Origin: an uncultured Flavobacteriales bacterium
Lineage (GTDB): Bacteria; Bacteroidota; Bacteroidia; Flavobacteriales; Flavobacteriaceae
NCBI GenBank assembly: GCA_913063255.1
Contig: CAJXYJ010000002.1
Coordinates: 7,069-71,068, forward strand
Reading direction: 5' to 3'
DNA length: 64,000 bases
Position numbers and translations under genes: made by a program. The notes below the pieces were generated by a model. It saw nothing but the letters and a program-made list of their open reading frames with translations. It ran no database searches and was not told the origin of the DNA. Positions 29,951 to 39,426 of this stretch are shown here, in pieces (within the stretch, counting starts at the first letter, position 1; every line of letters begins with the position of its first letter).

Positions 29951-30400
29951 ATGAAATACTTTAAGCTACTTGCGATTCTATTATTCTGTTCAGGCATTTT
30001 TTTCTATGCTTGTAATGACAAAACTAATTCACAAAAAAAAGAAACAACTAAACCATTTAAACAAGTTCCTTTAAATACTCCGAGAACTTCTCAGACTTCT
30101 CAAAATGCTGAAGGTGTCTGGCATTACACCTGCAGTAAGGGTTGTGTTGGAGGGTCAGGTGCTGTAGGCAATTGTGGTACTTGTGGTGGTGCCTTGGCTC
30201 ATAACAAAGCGTTTCATACTAACGCTAATAATACGCCAACTAATGCTCCTTTTAACCAATCTAGTACTGAACCCGGCAAAAATTCAGCTGGAGTATGGCA
30301 TTATACCTGCGTAAAAGGGTGTTCAGGAGGGGCTGCAGCTACTGGCAATTGTGGTTCTTGCGGTGGTAATTTGGCTCATAATCAGGCTTATCATCAGTAA
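29951..30400 (+). CDS. Lipoprotein with two Cys4 metal-binding repeats
   Basis: FYAC lipobox; 2x WHYTC.KGC.GG....GNCG.CGG.LAHN.A.H. Confidence 0.75.
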   Translation: MKYFKLLAILLFCSGIFFYACNDKTNSQKKETTKPFKQVPLNTPRTSQTSQNAEGVWHYTCSKGCVGGSGAVGNCGTCGGALAHNKAFHTNANNTPTNAPFNQSSTEPGKNSAGVWHYTCVKGCSGGAAATGNCGSCGGNLAHNQAYHQ

Positions 30401-30442
30401 AACACAGGGTAATGAAATATTTTTATCTTGTAATGAACGTAT

Positions 30443-30545
30443 TTAAATGTTGTGTAGAGTCTTTTAAATAGGGCTAGGTTTATGTTTTAAACCGATGAGA
30501 AGCCCTGCCTGCTAGCAGGTTGTCCTATAGGAAGATCTTTTTTTG
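30443..30545 (+). repeat. Structured motif copy 4
   Basis: AAATGTTGTGTAGAGTCTTTTAAATAGGGCTAGGTTTATGTTTTAAACCGATGAGAAGC plus a CCTGC...GCAGG insert. Confidence 0.85.
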
Positions 30546-30564
30546 TTTTTACAGATAAATGGAA

Positions 30565-31899
30565 TTATTTAATTGAGGCATATTTCTTCATTTCGGAAGT
30601 CACATGAATTAATGCCTCTTCCCAAGCCTTTCCTATTCTTTCTGTGTATAGTTCTCCTAATTCTTCTCTAATGGTTTCTGTAAGGGATTCTAATACTATT
30701 GGATAGTGTTCTTCTAACACTCCATATCTAACATGGCTTTCACCAAGAGATTTTAACCCTAATTCTAAAAATTCTGGTCTGCTCATTGAGTAGACGATAC
30801 CCCCTAACATATGTGTTAAAAGTCTTCCCTGAGACTTCATATTGTTTTTAAACAGTTCTCTGGTTTGAGGGGATTTAGTAAATACCTTATTATAAAATTT
30901 CTTTGCAAACTCATCTTCATTTCTTAACAAATAATCCAGAGAATTCTGTAATTCTAGTTGAATATCCATTTCTTTAAAACCAATTAACTCATAAAGTTTG
31001 GTTTTATGCTCATGCCCTGCCATTTGATTGCTGTATTCTTTCCCAAGATTTAAGGTGTTCTCAGGTAATCCATTATAAACAGACTCAGAAATTAAAATAT
31101 TAGTTCCCGCCTCTTTGTTGAATCCTTGTATTCTACTAGCAGTATTAATAGGGTCACCAACTACTGCAAATTGTTTGTGTTTAGGATGTCCTAAATGTCC
31201 TATAAATGCTCTGCCAAAGTTGATTCCAATACCCATTTTAATTTCTGTATCAAAATCTACAAGTTCCATACGATTAAGTCTTTTAATTGCATATTGCATT
31301 CCTAAAGCGGCACGTACTGCATCTTTACAATTCTTATTTCTCAAGCCCCCTGCAACCCCAAATAGCCCAATAATTTCATCCCCGACATACTGATAAATAA
31401 TGCCGTTATTAATTAAAATGGGATCTCCCAATACAGTATAAAACCTGTTTAATATATATGCTGTATCAAAGGTTTTGTTTTCAGAGGCTATTTTAGTAAA
31501 ACCTCTAATATCACAAAATAAGATTGCAATAGACCTTTCTTCAGCTGTCCCTTCAGGTAAAGTTTCTAACTGAAGTTTATTAATTTCGGAGCTATTCCAT
31601 ACTAACCTTTGAATAGTAATATCATCTTTTATATAACATTGGCATGCTAATCTTATAGAAGGATCCCACTTTCGTAACTGAGCTGTTTCCTTTTCCATTC
31701 TAGTTCTTGGAGTTATGTTTTGGAGGCCCTCTATAATTCTAACACGACATGTCGTACATTGCCCACTTCCACCACATTCATGCATGTGTGGAATCTGGTT
31801 TATTATGGAACAGTCTAATAATGAAGCGTTTTGGTCTTTTAGCTCCACTTGTTGATTTATACCTGTATAAGTTACTATTGGTGTCTTGATATTTGGCAT
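30565..31899 (-). CDS. 2Fe-2S / class III cyclase / globin fusion, copy 2
   Basis: Same length (444 aa) and motifs as 8378..9712; about 20 aa substitutions by eye. Confidence 0.9.
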   Translation of the reverse strand: MPNIKTPIVTYTGINQQVELKDQNASLLDCSIINQIPHMHECGGSGQCTTCRVRIIEGLQNITPRTRMEKETAQLRKWDPSIRLACQCYIKDDITIQRLVWNSSEINKLQLETLPEGTAEERSIAILFCDIRGFTKIASENKTFDTAYILNRFYTVLGDPILINNGIIYQYVGDEIIGLFGVAGGLRNKNCKDAVRAALGMQYAIKRLNRMELVDFDTEIKMGIGINFGRAFIGHLGHPKHKQFAVVGDPINTASRIQGFNKEAGTNILISESVYNGLPENTLNLGKEYSNQMAGHEHKTKLYELIGFKEMDIQLELQNSLDYLLRNEDEFAKKFYNKVFTKSPQTRELFKNNMKSQGRLLTHMLGGIVYSMSRPEFLELGLKSLGESHVRYGVLEEHYPIVLESLTETIREELGELYTERIGKAWEEALIHVTSEMKKYASIK

Positions 31900-31988
31900 T
31901 ATATCCCCCTATTTGTTTTATTGTTAAAGGTAAAAAAAAATATTAATTTTTAATTTTTGTTTTTATAAAGAGTATAAATACTATATAA

Positions 31989-32190
31989 ATGTTTGACCTA
32001 ACGCATCATATCATAATGAAAACCTTTGCTAGTACTGTATTAATTTGCAACGATGTTCATTTGGAGATTGCCTCTGAATTATTAGTGCATTGTAACATAA
32101 ATACTACTAAAGCCTCCTATGGTAAAATTGTACAGAATAGTGTAAGTAAGGAGATATCTAGGATATCAAATTAATTAAAACCAAAAAAGT
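31989..32190 (+). pseudogene. Integrase C-terminal fragment
   Basis: LTHHIIMKTFASTVL..NDV.LEI.SELL.H..I.TT.ASYGKIVQ matches the integrase; catalytic Arg of HxxR is lost. Confidence 0.9.
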
Positions 32191-32646
32191 AAAAGGAATT
32201 AATAAATACTAAAACAATTATTGTTTTTTTCATTTTACTTATTTCTTAATATTATTAGTAAATAATTTTCCCAATTAGCCATAAGCTTTAGAAATTCGAT
32301 AACCCGAATCATACTCACTACTTATAGGAGCTTCTACATCAATTTCAAAATACTTAACTTTTAACAATAAATTATTTACTACAAGTAAATTCAATAACTT
32401 TTTGAAATTTAATTTGGGGAGTTGTAATTGCCAACTCATAAACTACTAATATCTTAAAATTGTTTTATTAAAATTAATTATCAATCTAGGATAGAAAATA
32501 ATAAGCCTATTTTTTTAAAAAAAAGTCTAACTATTCGGTATGCTACATTTTCCAAAGGGGCGCAAATTTTCAATTAAATAGTATCAATAAAATTCTAATT
32601 ATAAAAGGAAATAAACTTAACATTAGAAATGTTACCCTCTAATGGA

Positions 32647-33033
32647 TTAAGCGCATTTAGTTGTTTTTTGCAGTTGAATTATCCCATTAAATAAGTAGCG
32701 TTCAAGTAAGTTGCACTTTCTGTTAGACATTAATATTTCTTTAATCTCGTTAAAGAAGAATACATTTTTGCTTTTTAAGCAAACATTTTTTTCAAAAGCG
32801 AATAATATTTTTTGAATTCTTTGGTAATCATTACTTTTGTTAAACTCACGAAGTACTCTATCAAAACAAACTAAATTAGTTTTTGATTTTACAAAAGCCA
32901 TTTTTTCTTGCTCTACCATAAAATTTAAATTTGTGCAATAAAGTAAGATATAGGCTTTTAATTCCTCTAATGAATAGTTATAATCTAATTTTTTCATCAT
33001 TTCATTTTTTATAAATTCCACTCTGAATTTCAA
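32647..33033 (-). CDS. Hypothetical protein
   Basis: Helical ORF overlapping the stop of the methyltransferase gene; true start probably near 33000. Confidence 0.55.
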   Translation of the reverse strand: MKFRVEFIKNEMMKKLDYNYSLEELKAYILLYCTNLNFMVEQEKMAFVKSKTNLVCFDRVLREFNKSNDYQRIQKILFAFEKNVCLKSKNVFFFNEIKEILMSNRKCNLLERYLFNGIIQLQKTTKCA

Positions 33034-33820
33034 TTTTATCTTCCTTCAGAGATTTTAAAACATTATTTAATTTTTTACGCGTTGAATTCCCTAAAAGCAC
33101 ATTGAGTCCAATTTCATTTTTTATAGACTTTTTCTTTTGTGTTTCATTTAAAAAATTAATGGCACCTTGTGTTTGATTGCTGGTTTGAGTTTTACGAAAT
33201 TCTAAATGTGTGAGGATGTTATTCATGTTTTCTATAGTTTGTAAATGGCTTATAGAAGGGGAGTTTGCCCAGGGAACAGGAAAATAAATATCTAAATCAA
33301 TTTTTTTGAAAATATCGTAGTAAATAAATATCCCTTGATCTTTTAATACCCTTTTTATTTCTGAATAAAAGGTTGTCTTATCTTCAATATTCATTTGAAC
33401 ATGTTGTGTCCAAACAACATCAAAAAAACCATCTTCATAGGGTAAATTAAGAGCATCTCCATTAATAAATGTTGTACTGCCATTAGTTGGAATAATGGCT
33501 GAAATTTTTTGTGCTGTCCGAATATAATCCTGATTCATATCAATACCATATACATCACAGTTAAATTCATCAGCCAGCATACGACTTGGTCCTCCTAATC
33601 CACAACCAACATCTAGTACTGTTAAGTCTTTAAAATTAAATTGAGCAACAAGCTCTTTAGATACTTGGGCTCCTCATAAATGAAATTCATCAACTCCAGA
33701 AAAATGTTCTCTAGTTATGTTCTCTAATTCACCGTTTTTATTTTTGATTCGTTCCAGAATATCTTCAAATAACCCAGAATGATTGTATTGTTCTTTAATT
33801 AAAGTATTTTGATTGTTCAT
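33002..33820 (-). pseudogene. Class I SAM-dependent methyltransferase interrupted by an in-frame TGA
   Basis: ...GVDEFHL-TGA(33676-33674)-GAQVSKELVAQFNFKDLTVLDVGCGLGGPSRMLADEF... reads in one frame, joining two track ORFs. Confidence 0.85.
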
Positions 33821-34107
33821 GATTTTTGAATTATAGTAGTGTTTTTGTTTATAGTTTGTTTCATAGAGAATAACCAAGCCTCAAATATCTTTTCTATTCT
33901 ATTTTCTTTTTTAAGTAAATGAATAAGGTCTTGTCTTGAACCTTTAGTTCTGTGATATACAACTTGTTCATTTTTTTTATCAATGACGAAAATATGTTTA
34001 GTATCTAGGTATGTTCTGATTTTATCTGCTAGTTTCCAATTTTTTAATTGTCTAGCCTCTTCTCGCATTAATATAAGTTCATCTATATATTTATTTTCTA
34101 AATTCAT
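33817..34107 (-). CDS. Standalone protein resembling the CysRS C-terminal anticodon-binding domain
   Basis: LI..REEARQ.KNW..AD.IR..L....I...D pattern; ATG at 34107. Confidence 0.65.
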   Translation of the reverse strand: MNLENKYIDELILMREEARQLKNWKLADKIRTYLDTKHIFVIDKKNEQVVYHRTKGSRQDLIHLLKKENRIEKIFEAWLFSMKQTINKNTTIIQKS

Positions 34108-34126
34108 TGTGAAAAATTTAATATAA

Positions 34127-35251
34127 TTAAAGGTTAAGTAGCTTTTTACCAGTAAAAGCATACTGTTCCCATTTTGGTAATGGGTGGAATGGTGATGCTT
34201 GTACATCTCTAAAGAGTCGTTCTAAAACATTTGCACGATAAAAACTTTGTCCACCGATCGCCTCCATGGCATATTCTACAGTTTTTTTAGATGCTTCACC
34301 TACATTTGTTTTATGGGTTAATATATCAATAGTAATGGATTCACTTGGGTTGAAGTCGAGTTGATTTGCGAGTTCATACATGGCTTTCCATTCGGTTTGT
34401 GCACTTAATAGTGAATTATTGATTCGGCCTATAAGTGTGGTGATATGTTCTTGATTGCGATGATATTTTTTGCCTTTTTCAATAGCTATTTCCATAGCTT
34501 TTTCTGCAATACCAACATAAGCAGCCATGATTAAGGGCATGGCTACAGTTAAAACCACATTCCATACAGGGTGAAATTCATCTTTTGGTCTTGAAAGTGA
34601 AATGGCTGAATCTGGCACAAAAACGTCTTCAAAAACTATAGATTGAGATCCTGTTCCACGCATTCCCATTACATCCCAATTATCTAGAACTGAAACACCA
34701 TTTGTTGTCATTGGAACACCAAAATGTAGTACTTCCCATTTTCCCTTAGTATTTAAATAAGTACCACTAGTTATAGCGATATCTCCACCTATAGATTGAC
34801 TTGCAAAATGTTTTGTTCCGGAAAATAAATAACCGCCATTATTTTTTTTAAGTTCCCCATTAGAACCTAACCAATCGCGTGCACCAGTACTAATTAAAAC
34901 AAGCTCATTTTCAACGACATTTCGAAGCATTTCTTCACCTATTTTTTGATGTTTGTATTTCCAAACAGCAGCTGCAATAAGGTGCTGGTGCATTGAAAAG
35001 GATAATGCAGTAGAGCTACAATAATGTGCTATGGTTTTAATTATTTGACACATTTCTTTATGACCTATACCAGCTCCTCCTAATTCTTTTGGAATTGCAG
35101 CAGAGAAAAACTTAAGAGATTTAAGTTGTTCGTAATTGTCATGAACAAAAGAGCCTTCAACATCATGTTTTGATGCACGAAGTTCAAAATCTTTTCCTAT
35201 TTTATTGGTTAAGGATTTCCAATTGTCCATTTTAATAATTGATGCTTTCAT
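34127..35251 (-). CDS. Acyl-CoA dehydrogenase family flavoprotein
   Basis: IPKELGGAG, SGTKHFAS, WDVMGMRGTGS..IVFEDVFVP, LERLFRDV. Confidence 0.9.
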   Translation of the reverse strand: MKASIIKMDNWKSLTNKIGKDFELRASKHDVEGSFVHDNYEQLKSLKFFSAAIPKELGGAGIGHKEMCQIIKTIAHYCSSTALSFSMHQHLIAAAVWKYKHQKIGEEMLRNVVENELVLISTGARDWLGSNGELKKNNGGYLFSGTKHFASQSIGGDIAITSGTYLNTKGKWEVLHFGVPMTTNGVSVLDNWDVMGMRGTGSQSIVFEDVFVPDSAISLSRPKDEFHPVWNVVLTVAMPLIMAAYVGIAEKAMEIAIEKGKKYHRNQEHITTLIGRINNSLLSAQTEWKAMYELANQLDFNPSESITIDILTHKTNVGEASKKTVEYAMEAIGGQSFYRANVLERLFRDVQASPFHPLPKWEQYAFTGKKLLNL

Positions 35252-35273
35252 TTTATATTTATTTTATATTAAG

Positions 35274-35339
35274 CAAATTAACGACAACAAATGATGTAAC
35301 ATTTTGCTAAAAAGTTTAAAAAGTAGTATTAAAAGTTCA
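35274..35339 (-). promoter_or_regulatory. Promoter with tandem operator (site 1 of 3)
   Basis: On the + strand: CAAA at 35274, GTTTA at 35314, GTTCA at 35335; same 40/21 spacing as the other two sites. Confidence 0.65.
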
Positions 35340-35363
35340 GAAATTAAAATAGGGCGTTTTACT

Positions 35364-36221
35364 TTATTTTTTTAAGTAAGAACTAGGGCTTGAATTAAAT
35401 TTTTCTTTAAAGACACGACTAAAATGAGAGACATCTTCAAAGCCACTTTCAAAAGCAATTTGTGTAATATTTGAGTTGTTATTTAAAATTAAGCTAGCTG
35501 CGTAATCAAGACGCCTGCATAGTAGCCATTTACCCGGGGTTGTATTATAATGGTTAAAAAAATCACGTTTAAATTTAGAAAGACTCCGATGGCACATTTT
35601 TGCATACTCATCCAGTTTTAAATTAAACGAAAAATTAGTTTCCATTATGTGAGTAAGTGAAGGCTCAGAATTTAAGGTTACCGTTTTTAAATAAGAAACT
35701 AGTAAGTTATTATCGCAATTATAAACAAGATTTATTAGCAACTCTTTAAGTTTTAATTTTAAAATAGATTCTGGTGGTTCTCTTCTTTCTTTGAAATATG
35801 GAAACATAGATTGAAAGAAACTATTTAAATAATCTTTAGGTAAAAGTTTTGTTGCAGTAAATTGATGTAATTCTTTATGATTTTCAATTGAAACTTTGTT
35901 TATAACATCTGACAAGGATTCTTTAATTAAATCATCGGGAATAAAAAAACCAAACATACAAAAATCATCGTCAAAATCTTGAGTAACTATTGCCGCTCCT
36001 TTTTTTACAAATAAAGTCTCACCTGCTACAACTGACCATTCCCCTTCAATGGTTTTCCATGATTTTTTCCCGCTTAATACATGAATTAAATAATCAGATT
36101 GAGTATATATTCCAGATTGTTCATCTTCAACTTCACATTTATATTCTACGCAAATTAGATTATTCAATGTAAATTTATTAAACACTAAACTGTCTCTAAT
36201 ATTTTCAAATAAATTTTCCAA
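35364..36221 (-). CDS. AraC family regulator
   Basis: RSLSKFKRDF...YNTTPGKWL..RRL, IAFESGFEDVSHFSRVFK. Confidence 0.93.
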   Translation of the reverse strand: MENLFENIRDSLVFNKFTLNNLICVEYKCEVEDEQSGIYTQSDYLIHVLSGKKSWKTIEGEWSVVAGETLFVKKGAAIVTQDFDDDFCMFGFFIPDDLIKESLSDVINKVSIENHKELHQFTATKLLPKDYLNSFFQSMFPYFKERREPPESILKLKLKELLINLVYNCDNNLLVSYLKTVTLNSEPSLTHIMETNFSFNLKLDEYAKMCHRSLSKFKRDFFNHYNTTPGKWLLCRRLDYAASLILNNNSNITQIAFESGFEDVSHFSRVFKEKFNSSPSSYLKK

Positions 36222-36284
36222 TTAATTGAAATTTGAATTAAATATCACCCTAATTTAATTAATATTTTTAACTTTAAGGATTAA

Positions 36285-36698
36285 TTAATTTCCAGATTTT
36301 ATATATGCCCAACCATTTCCATGTTTTTTTACAATTTCAGAAACGGCATTATTAATAGTTGTAACACCCGTTATAAGTTGATCTTTTTTAATATTGAAAA
36401 GAGCCATACTTACTTCACAAGCGGTAAACTTCACATTTTCATTGTCTACATATTTTGCTATTTCATCAGCTACAACCGATTGGTTTTTCATAAACATGGG
36501 AACTGCTTCACCATAAGCTATTATATCAAATTTGGTGTCTGGATGACTTGAAGTCATGATTTTTATTGTAAGCATTACAGATTGGTATACCTTATTATCA
36601 GTACTTGTTACGTCAAAGATTATTTTTTGACTTTTTTCTTGTGCTGAGACATTAAAGATTGATAATGTAACAATTATTACTATTAAAATTTTTTTCAT
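36285..36698 (-). CDS. Secreted DsrE-like protein
   Basis: Signal peptide; IIAYGEAV, VKFTACEVSM, GWAYIK. Confidence 0.8.
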   Translation of the reverse strand: MKKILIVIIVTLSIFNVSAQEKSQKIIFDVTSTDNKVYQSVMLTIKIMTSSHPDTKFDIIAYGEAVPMFMKNQSVVADEIAKYVDNENVKFTACEVSMALFNIKKDQLITGVTTINNAVSEIVKKHGNGWAYIKSGN

Positions 36699-36724
36699 GA
36701 TTATAAATGTTTAATTATTTATTG

Positions 36725-36790
36725 CAAAGAAAAAGCACATACGGATATTAGCTTTTGTTTAAAAGTTCAATGTTTTGACTTATTAGTCCA
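36725..36790 (-). promoter_or_regulatory. Promoter with tandem operator (site 2 of 3)
   Basis: CAAA 36725, GTTCA 36765, GTCCA 36786. Confidence 0.65.
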
Positions 36791-36847
36791 TTGTCCAGAT
36801 CAATAATTTTTATTATATTTAATTCAAAATCAGTAATTGTACATTAT

Positions 36848-37723
36848 ATGTTCGATTCGTATAAACACTTTCTTGAAACCCCTGGTTATAAAAAAATAAT
36901 TGGTGAAGATTATTTAATTGTTGAATTTAAATGTCCAATCAAAGATGAACTTTTTTCAGCTTGGTCAGAATGTCATAGTATTGTTTATGTTCTAAGTGGT
37001 CAAAAAAAGTGGATTACTCCTTCAAATGAATATTTAGTAAAAGAAAATCAATCCATTTTTGTAAGAAAAGGGGCTTTTAAAAATCAACAGTATTTTGAAG
37101 AAGGATTTTGTGTTCTTATGTTTTTCATGAAGGATGATTTTATTAAAAGATGCGTTGAAGAAGATATTAATAGAGAAACTATTGTGTCAAAAAAAATTAA
37201 TCATCCAGATTTTATTTATAGAATCAATATTTCTGAAAGCTTAAGTACTTTATACCATTCTTTCTTTTCATATTTAAAGCAAGACAAAAAAACCCCTCAG
37301 AAAATTATTGAATTGAAGTTTAGAGAAATGCTACTGAATATTTGCTCAGATCATAATAATTCAGAAATAAAAGATGTTCTTTATACGTTGTCTAAAAACA
37401 GTGATGATTCTATAGCACAAATAATGGAAGAACAGTATTTTTATAATTTAAAAGTTACTGAATTTGCAAGATTATGTGGTAGAAGTATTTCTTCTTTCAA
37501 AAGAGATTTTAAAAAATTGTATAATACTACACCTGGAAAATGGCTCTTAACCAAACGACTTAATTTAGCGAGTAGTTTGATGTTAAGTTCCAATTTTACG
37601 ATCCAACAGATTTGTTATGACTGTGGTTTTGAAAGTGACTCGCATTTTAATAGAAGTTTTAAAACCCAATTTGGTTTTACCCCAAAACAATGGAGAAATT
37701 CTAAGCTAAATACTTTAAATTAA
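36848..37723 (+). CDS. AraC family regulator (paralogue of 35364..36221)
   Basis: VLSGQKKW, RSISSFKRDF..LYNTTPGKWL; ATG at 36848 preferred. Confidence 0.92.
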   Translation: MFDSYKHFLETPGYKKIIGEDYLIVEFKCPIKDELFSAWSECHSIVYVLSGQKKWITPSNEYLVKENQSIFVRKGAFKNQQYFEEGFCVLMFFMKDDFIKRCVEEDINRETIVSKKINHPDFIYRINISESLSTLYHSFFSYLKQDKKTPQKIIELKFREMLLNICSDHNNSEIKDVLYTLSKNSDDSIAQIMEEQYFYNLKVTEFARLCGRSISSFKRDFKKLYNTTPGKWLLTKRLNLASSLMLSSNFTIQQICYDCGFESDSHFNRSFKTQFGFTPKQWRNSKLNTLN

Positions 37724-38100
37724 TTTTTAATGACCCCTTTTATAATTTTTCTTTCTTTTTCCTTTTCTTGAGATTTATCCCAATTAGCTCCTTTCAAGTA
37801 TACAAATAATGTATGTATTAACATTGTTGTACCACTATAAAATGCTCCAGAAAATAAATAGGTTGTAAAAATATTTATATAGGGGTGGAGATTTTCATTG
37901 GTTACTTCAATTGGTCCTCCCATTGCAAATGAAACAAAAACTCCAACCCAAAATGGCAAACACTGCATGCAACTCGTTAAATACTTCCAGAAATTTGGAC
38001 TGTGTTTCTCAGCTAAATCTCTTAAGGGTTCAAATATTTTGCTTATAGTAACAATTGCTGATATTCCATAAACTATTAATACTGTGATTATAAATTCCAT
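37720..38100 (-). CDS. Small membrane protein with CxxC (DUF1360-like)
   Basis: IFEPLR...LTSCMQCLPFWVG, three hydrophobic segments. Confidence 0.6.
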   Translation of the reverse strand: MEFIITVLIVYGISAIVTISKIFEPLRDLAEKHSPNFWKYLTSCMQCLPFWVGVFVSFAMGGPIEVTNENLHPYINIFTTYLFSGAFYSGTTMLIHTLFVYLKGANWDKSQEKEKERKIIKGVIKN

Positions 38101-38269
38101 GATTTTATATTTATGTGGACTTCGAAAATAAAAGTTAAACAGATATTTATTGCTAACCTTATTACTCCACGTTAATGAGGTTTATTGCAAGTCTTCAAAG
38201 GCTTTTTGCCAGATAAATAAAAACTTGCATTAATCTTCTTAATATACAAGTGGGGATAACAGTTTTATA

Positions 38270-38641
38270 CTACACTGTCTGTAATTCTTTTAACTTTAAC
38301 CAAGCGGAATGACCACCTTCTAAATTACTTATATTCTTGAATCCTTTTTCTTGCAGTTTAATGGCTGCCATATAAGACATCACTCCTCCGGTACAAGAAA
38401 ACAAAAAAGGTCCATCACCATTAAATATAGAATTGTAGTTTTTATGATTCTTGTCAATTGCAGATTCAATTGTTTCAAAAGGAATATTTATTGCTCCAGA
38501 AATACTTCCTTGTGTTTCAATTCCTTTAGGGTTTCTTACATCGATGATCTTATAATAGTTTTCGGAGATAATACCCTCTAACTTATCAACAGTAATTTGT
38601 TCTATAATTTCTTTAGATACTTTTATATTTTGATTGTTCAT
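38270..38641 (-). CDS. Rhodanese-like sulfurtransferase
   Basis: IIDVR...G.I.GAINIP, active loop CTGGVMS, NLEGG..AW. Confidence 0.88.
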   Translation of the reverse strand: MNNQNIKVSKEIIEQITVDKLEGIISENYYKIIDVRNPKGIETQGSISGAINIPFETIESAIDKNHKNYNSIFNGDGPFLFSCTGGVMSYMAAIKLQEKGFKNISNLEGGHSAWLKLKELQTV

Positions 38642-38662
38642 AACCTATAATTTAGATTTTTA

Positions 38663-39031
38663 TTAAAGTGAAATAATCTCGGCTCCTTCCAATATTAATT
38701 GGTGTAAAGCTGGAGACCCAACTAGTTCTATTTCATCAATTAAATTATCAGCTGAATAACCTCTAACTGCCGCACAGGGAGGGCAAACCATAATTCTACA
38801 TTTTTGATTTACTACAGCATCAATCATCTCTTTCATTGTTGGATCTTTAGGATTCAAGTGAACATTATTTGCGGCTCCCTTTCTTACCCAATCAACTCCT
38901 GAACTGACTAAAAATATGCTTACGTCTAATCCCGAATTAATTCCTCCATTTGCTATACTCCAAGCTACAGAAGCTCTTTCATCATCTAAACCATAGCTTA
39001 TTAATACGACTAATTTCTTTTTTGAATTCAT
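38663..39031 (-). CDS. DsrE family protein
   Basis: VSIFLVSSGV, VCPPCAAVRG. Confidence 0.85.
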   Translation of the reverse strand: MNSKKKLVVLISYGLDDERASVAWSIANGGINSGLDVSIFLVSSGVDWVRKGAANNVHLNPKDPTMKEMIDAVVNQKCRIMVCPPCAAVRGYSADNLIDEIELVGSPALHQLILEGAEIISL

Positions 39032-39072
39032 AATAAATTTGTTTTAAATTGTTATTAAATAATTTGATATGG

Positions 39073-39138
39073 CAAATCTAAATTCAATCTTCATAGGTGA
39101 ATTGATTAGGAAGTTCAATTAATGACCTAAAAGGTTCA
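39073..39138 (-). promoter_or_regulatory. Promoter with tandem operator (site 3 of 3)
   Basis: TAGATTTG (-7 box, minus strand; CAAA at 39073), GTTCA 39113, GTTCA 39134. Confidence 0.7.
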
Positions 39139-39208
39139 TCATATAAAAAAGTTCAGATTAGGTTGAAGACATACATTTAAGTATTGTAGAAAAGAGATGG
39201 AAACTACT

Positions 39209-39370
39209 GGAGGTTTGTGACAAAGAAATGTGTCTCTAGGTTTATGTTTTAAACCGATGAGAAGCCCTGCCTAATAACTTCTGGAGCTAATCAAGGAGCT
39301 TGTACATTTGCGTTGCACTGAGCTTACCTGCCCTGAGCTTGTCGAAGTGTCGAGTGGATTGTTTTTTTTG
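39209..39370 (+). repeat. Structured motif copy 5 with nested REP-like insert
   Basis: TTGTGACAAAGAAATGTGTCTCTAGGTTTATGTTTTAAACCGATGAGAAGC ... CTGAGCTTGTCGAAGT. Confidence 0.85.
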
Positions 39371-39426
39371 TGTTAGGAAGATTTATAATTTTCTACTTAC
39401 CTTAGATTATTCTACAATAACTTTCA

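Noticed and set aside
33674-33676. Selenocysteine codon
   Set aside because: The context DEFHL*GA is not a redox Cys position and no clear SECIS hairpin follows; a nonsense mutation is simpler.
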